From: an uncultured Alphaproteobacteria bacterium
GTDB taxonomy: Bacteria; Pseudomonadota; Alphaproteobacteria; Rhizobiales; Xanthobacteraceae
Length of the DNA stretch: 64,000 bases
Direction: 5' to 3'
Assembly: GCA_963790595.1 (NCBI GenBank)
Contig: CAWBPE010000002.1
Location: forward strand, 46,857-110,856
The notes below the pieces were generated by a model, which was not told the origin of the DNA, made no database searches, and worked only from the letters and a program-made list of their open reading frames with translations. The position numbers were made by a program, and so were the translations under genes. Position 1 is the stretch's first letter, and every line of letters starts with the position of its first letter. Shown piece after piece: positions 56,576 through 64,000 of the stretch.

Positions 56576-58843
56576 ATGCGGAGCGCGTCGGGAGGCCCCC
56601 GCGTCTTGCTAAGACGGCTCCGCGAAACCATGGCGGAGCAAGTCTCTGCCCAGGAACGGCTGGACAAGATCGTGGTCCTGATCGCCGCCAACATGGTGGC
56701 GGAGGTCTGCTCGACCTATGTGCTGCGCGTCGACAACACGCTGGAACTTTACGCCACCGAAGGCCTCAACCGCGACGCGGTGCACAGAACCGTCCTGAGC
56801 GCGCATGAGGGCCTGGTCGGCCTGGTCGCCAGCGAGGCGACGCCGCTCAATCTGAACGACGCGCAAAGCCACCCGGCGTTCTCGTTCCGGCCGGAGACCG
56901 GCGAAGAAATCTATCATTCGTTCCTCGGCGTTCCGATCCTGCGCGCCGGCAACACGCTCGGCGTGCTGGTGGTGCAGAATCGCGCCAAGCGTACGTACGT
57001 CGAGGAAGAGGTCGAGGCGCTGCAGACCACCGCGATGGTGCTCGCGGAAATGATCGCCTCGGGCGAATTGTCGGCGCTGGCGCAGCCCGGCGCCGAACCC
57101 GCCGCGCGGCATTCGCTGCACAAGGTCGGCGCGGTGCTGTCCGACGGCATCGCGCTCGGCCATGTCGTGCTGCACGAACCGCGCGTCGTCATCACCAATT
57201 ACATTGCCGAAGACCTGCCAAAGGAAATCAAGCGGCTCGATACCGCTTTGACGAAATTGCGCGCCGACCTCGACCGCATGCTGGAGCGCGGCGATGTCGC
57301 CGAAGGCGGCGAGCATCGCGACGTGCTGGAAGCCTACCGCATGTTCGCCAACGACCATGGCTGGTCGCACAAGCTGCATGAGGCGGTCGCCACCGGCCTC
57401 ACCGCCGAGGCCGCGGTCGAACGTGTGCAGTCCGATACCCGCGCGCGCATGCTGCGCTCGACCGATCCCTACTTGCGCGACCGCCTGCACGACCTCGAAG
57501 ACCTCGGTCATCGGCTGATGCGCCAGTTGGTCGGACAGGATCACGCGCCGTCGCGCGAGCAATTGCCCGACAATGCGATCCTGATTGCACGCGCGATGGG
57601 GCCCGCCGCACTTCTTGATTATGACCGCAAGCGCCTGCGCGGTCTGGTGCTGGAGGAAGGCACCGCCAACTCCCACGTCTCGATCGTGGCGCGCGCGCTC
57701 GGCATTCCCGCGGTCGGCGAAATACCGAACGCGGCGGGTCTCGCCGATCCCGGCGACGCCATCATCGTCGACGGCACTTCGGGCTCGATCTATGTCCGAC
57801 CGTCTGCCGAAATCGAACAGGCCTATGCGGAGCGGGTGCGGTTTCGCGCACGCCGCCAGGCGCAATATTCGGCGCTACGCGACAAGCCCTGCGTCACCAA
57901 GGACGGCCAGCCGGTCGAATTGATGATCAATGCAGGCTTGGCGATCGACCTGCCGCATATCGACGACACCGGCAGCGCCGGCATCGGCCTGTTTCGTACC
58001 GAACTGCAATTCATGGTCGGCCAGAGCCTGCCGCGCACCAGCGATCAGTTGGCGCTGTATCGCACGGTGCTCGATGCCGCGGGCACCAAGCCCGTGACCT
58101 TTCGGACGCTCGATATCGGCGGCGACAAGGCGCTGCCCTATATGGAGACGGTGGTCGAGGAGAATCCCGCGCTCGGCTGGCGCGCGATCCGGCTCGGGCT
58201 TGACCGGCCCGGCCTGTTGCGCGGCCAGATCCGGGCGCTGCTGCGGGCCGGCGGCGGGCGCGCGCTGCGCATCATGTTCCCGATGATATCGGAAGTTGCC
58301 GAATTCGATGCCGCCAAGGCGATCGTCGAGCGCGAGTTGACCTATCTGCGCCAGCACGGCCATCCGCTGCCGGAACGCATCGATGTCGGCACCATGGTCG
58401 AAGTCCCCGCGCTGCTCTATCAGTTCGACGAACTCCTGAAGAAGGTCGACTTTGTCTCGGTCGGATCCAACGACCTGTTTCAGTTCCTGTTCGCGGTCGA
58501 TCGCGGCAACGCCAAGGTTTCCGAACGCTTCGACACCATGTCGGCCCCGATCCTGCGGGTGCTGCGCGAGATCGTGCACAAGGCCAACGCCGCCAAGAAA
58601 TCGGCTTCGCTGTGCGGCGAGATGGCGTCAAAGCCGATCGGCGCGCTGGCGCTGATCGCACTGGGTTATCGCTCGCTGTCGCTGTCGGCCACCGGACACG
58701 GTCCGGTCAAGGCGCTGATTCTCGACCTCGACGCCAAAAAAGCTGAGGCCATGATGATGCCGCTGCTCGACGCGCCGTCCGGCAGCGTGTCAATCCGCGA
58801 GAAACTGACCGCCTTTGCCGAGGCCGAGGGGCTGTCGTTGTAG
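56576..58843 (+). CDS. ptsP: phosphoenolpyruvate-protein phosphotransferase PtsP (EI-Ntr) with N-terminal GAF domain
   Basis: 755 aa. The GAF region reads VCSTYVLRVDNTLELYATEGL, followed by the PEP-utilizing domains (EGTANSHVSIVARALGIPAV with catalytic His; GIGLFRTELQF; SVGSNDLFQF). Confidence 0.93.
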   Translation: MRSASGGPRVLLRRLRETMAEQVSAQERLDKIVVLIAANMVAEVCSTYVLRVDNTLELYATEGLNRDAVHRTVLSAHEGLVGLVASEATPLNLNDAQSHPAFSFRPETGEEIYHSFLGVPILRAGNTLGVLVVQNRAKRTYVEEEVEALQTTAMVLAEMIASGELSALAQPGAEPAARHSLHKVGAVLSDGIALGHVVLHEPRVVITNYIAEDLPKEIKRLDTALTKLRADLDRMLERGDVAEGGEHRDVLEAYRMFANDHGWSHKLHEAVATGLTAEAAVERVQSDTRARMLRSTDPYLRDRLHDLEDLGHRLMRQLVGQDHAPSREQLPDNAILIARAMGPAALLDYDRKRLRGLVLEEGTANSHVSIVARALGIPAVGEIPNAAGLADPGDAIIVDGTSGSIYVRPSAEIEQAYAERVRFRARRQAQYSALRDKPCVTKDGQPVELMINAGLAIDLPHIDDTGSAGIGLFRTELQFMVGQSLPRTSDQLALYRTVLDAAGTKPVTFRTLDIGGDKALPYMETVVEENPALGWRAIRLGLDRPGLLRGQIRALLRAGGGRALRIMFPMISEVAEFDAAKAIVERELTYLRQHGHPLPERIDVGTMVEVPALLYQFDELLKKVDFVSVGSNDLFQFLFAVDRGNAKVSERFDTMSAPILRVLREIVHKANAAKKSASLCGEMASKPIGALALIALGYRSLSLSATGHGPVKALILDLDAKKAEAMMMPLLDAPSGSVSIREKLTAFAEAEGLSL

Positions 58844-58915
58844 CGAGGCTCTTGGTAGCGAGGCTCTTGCCGCTGCAATCGCCCTTTCGGATTTTACGCC
58901 TTTCGAGACCTGACC

Positions 58916-60001
58916 ATGTCGATACTCCCCGAAGCCAAACTGGATATTCTGCTGGCGCACCATGCCTCGCTCGAGGCCCAGGTGCTGGGACAGCTCAATT
59001 CAGAGAACTACGTCAAGATCACGCGCGAGCTCGCCGAACTCAATCCGCTGATCGACGCCGTCAAAGCCTACCGCGCCGCCAATGAAGAGATCGCCGGCAT
59101 CGACGCTTTAATTACCGATCCCACCACCGAGCCCGAGATGCGCGGCATGGCGGAAGCCGAGCGCGAAACGCTGGGGGCGCGCAGCCTCGATCTCGCGCAG
59201 CAGATCCGCGTCGCGCTGTTGCCAAAGGATGCGATGGACGATCGCAACGTGGTGCTGGAAATTCGCGCCGGCACCGGCGGCGACGAGGCATCGCTGTTTG
59301 CCGGAGATTTATTCCGGATGTATGAGCGCTTCGCAGCACTTCAGGGCTGGAAGGTCGAGGTGATCTCCGCCAGCGAAGGCACCATGGGCGGCTACAAGGA
59401 AATCATCGCCGAAGTGAAAGGCCGCGGCGCCTTCGCCAAGCTGAAATTCGAATCCGGCGCCCACCGGGTACAGCGCGTGCCGGATACGGAAACGCAGGGC
59501 CGCATCCATACTTCCGCGGCGACGGTGGCGGTGCTGCCGGAAGTCGAGGAAGTCGACGTCGACATCAAGAGCGACGACCTGCGGATCGAGACCATGCGCG
59601 CGCAGGGCGCCGGCGGTCAGCACGTCAACAAGACTGAATCCGCGATCCGCATCACCCATATTCCGACCGGCATCGTGGTGATGATGCAGGACAGCCGCTC
59701 GCAGCATAAGAACCGCGCCTCGGCGATGAACATCCTGCGCTCGCGCATCTACGATGCCGAACGCCAGCGCATCGATGCGGTCCGCTCGGCGGATCGCCGC
59801 GAGAAGGTCGGCTCCGGCGACCGCTCCGAGCGCATTCGCACCTATAATTTTCCGCAGGGACGCGTCACCGATCACCGCATTAACCTGACGCTCTATAAGT
59901 TGCCGCAGGTGATCGCCGGCGAGGCGCTCGGCGAATTGATCGACGCGCTGACGACAGAACATCAGGCCGCGCAGCTCGCCGCCCAGGGCGCCGCGGCGTG
60001 A
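58916..60001 (+). CDS. prfA: peptide chain release factor 1
   Basis: GGQ motif ([22 protein letters not shown]), the PxT region, and [17 protein letters not shown]. Confidence 0.97.
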   Translation: MSILPEAKLDILLAHHASLEAQVLGQLNSENYVKITRELAELNPLIDAVKAYRAANEEIAGIDALITDPTTEPEMRGMAEAERETLGARSLDLAQQIRVALLPKDAMDDRNVVLEIRAGTGGDEASLFAGDLFRMYERFAALQGWKVEVISASEGTMGGYKEIIAEVKGRGAFAKLKFESGAHRVQRVPDTETQGRIHTSAATVAVLPEVEEVDVDIKSDDLRIETMRAQGAGGQHVNKTESAIRITHIPTGIVVMMQDSRSQHKNRASAMNILRSRIYDAERQRIDAVRSADRREKVGSGDRSERIRTYNFPQGRVTDHRINLTLYKLPQVIAGEALGELIDALTTEHQAAQLAAQGAAA

Positions 60002-60049
60002 GCAACCATCGCCGTTTCGACCGTTGCCGAGACGCCAAAGCAATCTCGA

Positions 60050-60200
60050 TTTCGTCCCTGCGAACGCAGGGACCCATAACCATAGGCGGTCGTTGTTATA
60101 GAAGGTATCGACATCCAGCCTCCACTTTGGGGCCGGGGCGCCGCGATGAGCGCAAATTGCGCTCACGCTGGGGTCCCTGCGTTCGCAGGGACGACGTAGG
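60050..60200. repeat. Family A MITE-like element between prfA and prmC
   Basis: TTTCGTCCCTGCGAACGCAGGGACCCATAACC ... CGCGATGAGCGCAAATTGCGCTCACGC ... GGGGTCCCTGCGTTCGCAGGGACGACGTAGG. Confidence 0.88.
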
Positions 60201-60224
60201 AATAGTTTCGTGCGAGGTCCTCGC

Positions 60225-61109
60225 ATGAACAACTCCTTCGCCGGACAGACCGTCGAGGCTGCACGGCGCAAGCTCACTGCGCGATTCAAATCCGGCGCCG
60301 TCGATTCGGCCGAACTCGACGCGCGGATTCTGGTTGGCGCGGCGCTAAATCTCAATCTGACCGGACTGATCGCGGCCGCGGCGCGGCCGGTCACTTTGGA
60401 TCAAGCGACGCGGCTTGAGGATTTCGCCCGGCGGCGTCTCGGCGGCGAACCGGTCGCACGCATTCTCGAAACACGGGAATTCTGGGGACTGCCGTTACAG
60501 CTGACGGCCGCGACGCTGGTGCCGCGGCCGGACACTGAAACCGTGGTCGAGCTGGCGCTGGAAATGCAGAGCCCTACGTCTCGTCCGAAACACCCGTTGC
60601 GCATCGCCGACCTCGGCACGGGCTCCGGCGCTATACTGTTGGCGCTGTTGTCGGAGCTGCCCGACGCCTATGGGATCGGCACCGATATCAGCGTGGCGGC
60701 GCTGCGAACGGCAGGTAGTAATACGGCCCGGCTGGGATTTAGCCCGCGCGCGGCGTTCGTCGCCTGCGACTATGCGGCGGCGTTGTCAGATGGCTTCGAT
60801 CTGATGGTGTCGAATCCGCCCTATATCCGCTCGGCCGATATCGCCGGTCTCGCGACCGAGGTCAGGGATCACGATCCGCCGCTTGCGCTGGATGGCGGCG
60901 CCGATGGGCTCGACGCCTACCGCAGGCTGATTCCGCAAGCTGCGGAACGGTTGGTCGCCGGCGGCGTTCTTGTGGTGGAAGCCGGCCATGACCAAAGCGG
61001 GGATATCGCGGGTTTGATGGCGGCAGCAGGGTTAACGCAGGAGCGGCCCCCCAAGGCCGATCTGGCCGGTATCCGCCGGGCCGTGGCCGCCCGGAAAATG
61101 CCCCGATAA
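60225..61109 (+). CDS. prmC: release factor glutamine N5-methyltransferase PrmC (HemK)
   Basis: NPPY motif (MVSNPPYI) and SAM motif IADLGTGSGAI. The ATG at 60225 (MNNSF) lies inside the track ORF that begins at 60210. Confidence 0.9.
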   Translation: MNNSFAGQTVEAARRKLTARFKSGAVDSAELDARILVGAALNLNLTGLIAAAARPVTLDQATRLEDFARRRLGGEPVARILETREFWGLPLQLTAATLVPRPDTETVVELALEMQSPTSRPKHPLRIADLGTGSGAILLALLSELPDAYGIGTDISVAALRTAGSNTARLGFSPRAAFVACDYAAALSDGFDLMVSNPPYIRSADIAGLATEVRDHDPPLALDGGADGLDAYRRLIPQAAERLVAGGVLVVEAGHDQSGDIAGLMAAAGLTQERPPKADLAGIRRAVAARKMPR

Positions 61110-61637
61110 TGCCCTTTTGGAGGGCAAAAAAACCGCTTGGAATATTCCCCGGGAGCGACTACGTTCCGGCCACAACGTCGGTCCAGGGTTTACTGGCCCC
61201 GTAGATACCCAGTAGGGCTATTTCGGGTGGAGGCCAGAGTTCTCAAAGCGAGAGCCCGTCCCGAGTGAAAGGTTCCAAAACGCAGGTCCAATTAAGCGCG
61301 ATGGCTTTAAGAGCTGCGCAGCTTTTGACCGCAACGCGAACGAAAGCCTGATATTGCGCTTGAAAAATCACGCAAGAAACCTGTGCTTGTTTTGGCAGGC
61401 GGAATGATTTGATGCGGCCGGCATTGCACGCCGGGCTGTTGGGGAACGCGTCTTTGTTGACTGCGACGTACGGCAAAATTGATGTGAAGTTGACACGGCG
61501 CAGCGATTCGGTGCGCGTGACGCGCGCGGCCCGATCGGGCCAAAGAAACCGTAGCGCCGGTAATTCAAACCTACTGCCAAAGCTGAACTAGTAACTTCTC
61601 AAGGCTGATAACTTCAGGGCTGGAATAAAGGCACGAC

Positions 61638-62429
61638 ATGAGAAACGGTCAGAATAACAACAAGCGGATGCGTAACCGGAACAATAATAACAACAACAAT
61701 AATAACAATAACAACAACCGGCGCGGACAGAACCCGATGACCCGGGTGTTCGAGTCCAACGGACCCGACATCAAGATTCGCGGTACCGCATCCCACGTTG
61801 CAGAAAAATACGTTCAGCTGGCGCGCGACGCACGCTCCTCCGGCGACCCGGTCGCTGCCGAGAACTACTACCAGCATGCCGAACATTATTTCCGCCTGAT
61901 CGCCGCCGCGCAGGAGCAGTTCCGCCAGAACCAGCCGCAGCCGCGCACCGAGAACGAAATGGCCTCGGAGGACAGCGACGACGAGAGCGAGAGCTTTTCG
62001 AATTTCGGCCAGGAGCCCGGTTTCGTTCCGGTGCAGCAGCAGCCGTTCGTGCCGCGCGACAACAACGGCAATACCAACGGCAACAATCAGCGTGATCACC
62101 AGCGCGAGGGGCAACCCTACCAGCCGCGCGAACAGCATCAGCCCCGCGGCGAACACAACAATCATCGCGAACATCGCCCGCAGCCGCAGTTTCAACCGCC
62201 GCAGCCCCAGCCGCAGCCGGTCATCGCTGACAATGTCAGCGTCGATCGCCTGCCGTCGTTCATCACCGGACCGCAGCCGCAGATCAATGGCGGCCCCACT
62301 GGTTTCGAGGGCGGTAATGGCGGCGAACGTTTCCCACCGCGCCGCCGCCGCCGGCCGCACGGCCCGCGCCCCGAAGGCATGGCCGCTCCGGTAACGCCGG
62401 GCGATGATTTCAATCCCGGAAATGAGTAA
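61638..62429 (+). CDS. DUF4167 domain protein with poly-Asn tract and Gln/Pro-rich C-terminus
   Basis: FESNGPDIKIRGTASHVAEKYVQLARDARSSGDPVAAENYYQHAEHYFRLI is the conserved core (family name from memory). N13 run at 61680-61718. Confidence 0.8.
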   Translation: MRNGQNNNKRMRNRNNNNNNNNNNNNNRRGQNPMTRVFESNGPDIKIRGTASHVAEKYVQLARDARSSGDPVAAENYYQHAEHYFRLIAAAQEQFRQNQPQPRTENEMASEDSDDESESFSNFGQEPGFVPVQQQPFVPRDNNGNTNGNNQRDHQREGQPYQPREQHQPRGEHNNHREHRPQPQFQPPQPQPQPVIADNVSVDRLPSFITGPQPQINGGPTGFEGGNGGERFPPRRRRRPHGPRPEGMAAPVTPGDDFNPGNE

Positions 62430-62465
62430 GAGGGCGCCAAGCCCTTTTAGCAAAGTGCTTTAGAG

Positions 62466-62491
62466 ATCGTCCCGGTTAATGCCGGGACGAT
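62466..62491. terminator. hairpin between convergent genes (possible bidirectional terminator, no U-run)
   Basis: ATCGTCCCGG-TTAATG-CCGGGACGAT forms a 10-bp perfect stem. Confidence 0.3.
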
Positions 62492-62511
62492 TGGAGCGAA
62501 CCCGATAAGGC

Positions 62512-64000
62512 TCACGCCGCGCGGATATTCGCCATGAAGCGGTCGAGTTCTTCACGCAACCGCGTGCTTTCGGTCGACAAATTCCGCGCCGAGCTCAGCA
62601 CCTTTTCCGATGCCGATCCGGTTTCCGTCGCACCGCGATTGACCCGCATGATATTGTCCGCAGCCTCCTGCGTGCCCCGGGCGACATTCTGAACGCTTTG
62701 CGCGATTTCCTGCGTCGCTGAACTCTGCTGTTCGACGGCGCTCGAAATCGTCGCGGCGATGCTGGAAATCTGCGCGATGGTGCCGCCGATTTCCTTGATC
62801 GCGGCGACCGATTCCTGCGTCGCGCCCTGCATGCCCAGAATGTGCGACGAAATCTCGTCGGTCGCTTTTGCGGTCTGGCTCGCCAGCGACTTGACCTCGG
62901 AGGCGACGACAGCGAAGCCGCGGCCGGCATCACCGGCGCGGGCGGCCTCGATGGTCGCATTCAACGCCAAGAGATTGGTCTGCTCGGCGATCGCCGTGAT
63001 CAGCTTGACGACGTCGCCGATTTCCTGCGCCGCGCGGGACAGTTTGCCGATCCGTCCATCGGTCTGCTGCGCCTGAAGCACCGCCGCCTCGGCGATCTGG
63101 CTGGATTCGCGCACCCGTCTTCCGATTTCATCGACCGACGCCGACAGTTCTTCCGTCGCGGAGGCCACCGACTGCATGTTGTCGGAGGCTTCTGTTGAGG
63201 CACCGGAAACCTGGTTCGACAGGCTCTGCGTGGTCTCGGCCGTGCGCGTCAGCGTGCCGGCGGCATCTTCGAGTTGAACCGCCGAGGCCGATACGTTGGA
63301 GACAATGGCGCCCACTGCGGCCTCGAAATCATCGGCGAAGCGAATGAGTTCGTCACGGCGCGCGGCACTGCTGGCCTTGTTCTGCGCATCCTGCGTCGCC
63401 GCATCGCGCTCGGCTTTAGCGACCGCCTGCAGCTTGAACTCTTCGACCGCGCCGGCCATCTCGCCGAGCTCATCCTTGCGGCCGAGACCCGGCAGCACGA
63501 CATCGAAATTACCGCCGGCGAGTTCGCGCATCGCCTTGCACATCGCAGTCATCGGCCGGGAGATGCCTCTGCCCAGCAATACTGCCAGCGTGCCGCCCAG
63601 CAGGAAACCGCCGAGCGCAAGCATCAGCACCAGTTGTTCCGTTTCGCGGATGGTGGCGCTGGATTCGGCGTCGAGCCGCTGTTGATCGGACAGCAGGTCC
63701 GCCTTCATCACGTCGGACCGCTTCATGATCTCCGTCGTGGAGTCGGCCATTTCGACGGCGAGTTCGTCGATCTCCTTTGCATTGCCGATCAGTTTGGCCA
63801 CCGCCTGCTGGTATTCCTGCAGCAAAGCGGAAATCTCCTTGAGAGCTTGCTGGAGCTTCTCGTCGGTATCGGGAATCACCGTGAGCGTGTTCTCGACAAA
63901 CTTCAGGCGCGCCTGCGCGCTGGCGGCCACCGCCTGGTCGGAGTTGAGGACAAAAGTATTGACCAGGCCCACCACCGCCTGAAACTGATCGGCCACTTTC
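62512..64000 (-). CDS. methyl-accepting chemotaxis protein; N-terminus outside the window
   Basis: The highly conserved signalling domain [35 protein letters not shown], a HAMP region ([27 protein letters not shown]) and one TM helix. The frame stays open to the window edge. Confidence 0.92.
   Translation of the reverse strand, partial: KVADQFQAVVGLVNTFVLNSDQAVAASAQARLKFVENTLTVIPDTDEKLQQALKEISALLQEYQQAVAKLIGNAKEIDELAVEMADSTTEIMKRSDVMKADLLSDQQRLDAESSATIRETEQLVLMLALGGFLLGGTLAVLLGRGISRPMTAMCKAMRELAGGNFDVVLPGLGRKDELGEMAGAVEEFKLQAVAKAERDAATQDAQNKASSAARRDELIRFADDFEAAVGAIVSNVSASAVQLEDAAGTLTRTAETTQSLSNQVSGASTEASDNMQSVASATEELSASVDEIGRRVRESSQIAEAAVLQAQQTDGRIGKLSRAAQEIGDVVKLITAIAEQTNLLALNATIEAARAGDAGRGFAVVASEVKSLASQTAKATDEISSHILGMQGATQESVAAIKEIGGTIAQISSIAATISSAVEQQSSATQEIAQSVQNVARGTQEAADNIMRVNRGATETGSASEKVLSSARNLSTESTRLREELDRFMANIRAA

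Noticed and set aside
61110-61140. GCCCTTTTGGAGGGC hairpin after prmC as a terminator
   Set aside because: The stem is only 5 bp and it is followed by an A-run rather than a T-run on the coding strand.

Overview
This is a high-GC alphaproteobacterial chromosomal segment. Sampled 60-nt lines run about 65-68% G+C. Gene content, synteny and the dispersed palindromic repeat families (for example GTCGTCCCTGCGAACGCAGGGACC and GTAGGGTGGGCAAAGCG..GTGCCCACC) look like Bradyrhizobiaceae/Nitrobacteraceae (Bradyrhizobium, Rhodopseudomonas or Afipia-like). The genus cannot be fixed from sequence alone.

I can support about 55 protein genes, and most are housekeeping:
- Information processing and export: a carD/cdnL-like regulator, fdxA, an S4-domain protein, a SUV3-like helicase, rpmB, xerD, secA, a parvulin PPIase, prfA and prmC.
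- Biosynthesis and metabolism: cobS-cobT, aroK-aroB, accA, argJ, mutT, comF-grxC-nitrilase-DUF1178, ubiG and lysC.
- Signalling: ptsP, and a methyl-accepting chemotaxis protein (MCP) running off the right edge.

I found no rRNA, tRNA or CRISPR array. Many long ORFs in the track are antisense shadow ORFs typical of GC-rich DNA, and I rejected them.

Accessory DNA is concentrated at about 14.5-20.7 kb. It consists of a lower-GC islet directly downstream of the rpmB terminator (a decayed AlbA_2-like remnant plus an unknown 236-aa helical protein), several small orphan ORFs, an IS481-family element inserted into a repeat, and an IS3/IS407-like element with an A_AAA_AAG frameshift site. Nearly every intergenic gap holds one of at least seven palindromic repeat or MITE-like families.

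Most interesting candidates:
1. A two-gene operon (40142-42470) encoding a twin-arginine-signal thiamine-diphosphate enzyme, followed 10 nt later by a Sec-exported c-type cytochrome. This suggests a periplasmic TPP-dependent oxidoreductase.
2. An array of long perfect, partly mutually exclusive hairpins upstream of aroK-aroB (35617-35771).
3. A CarD/CdnL protein with a histone-H1-like N-terminal extension and an acidic tail.
4. Two translationally coupled proteins with twin-arginine-type signals downstream of a stand-alone cobS-cobT pair.
5. An apparent A-tract frameshift that separates a Bug-family binding protein from its ATG start and its RR signal motif.

All functional calls rest on motifs I recognised by eye. 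No database search was run.
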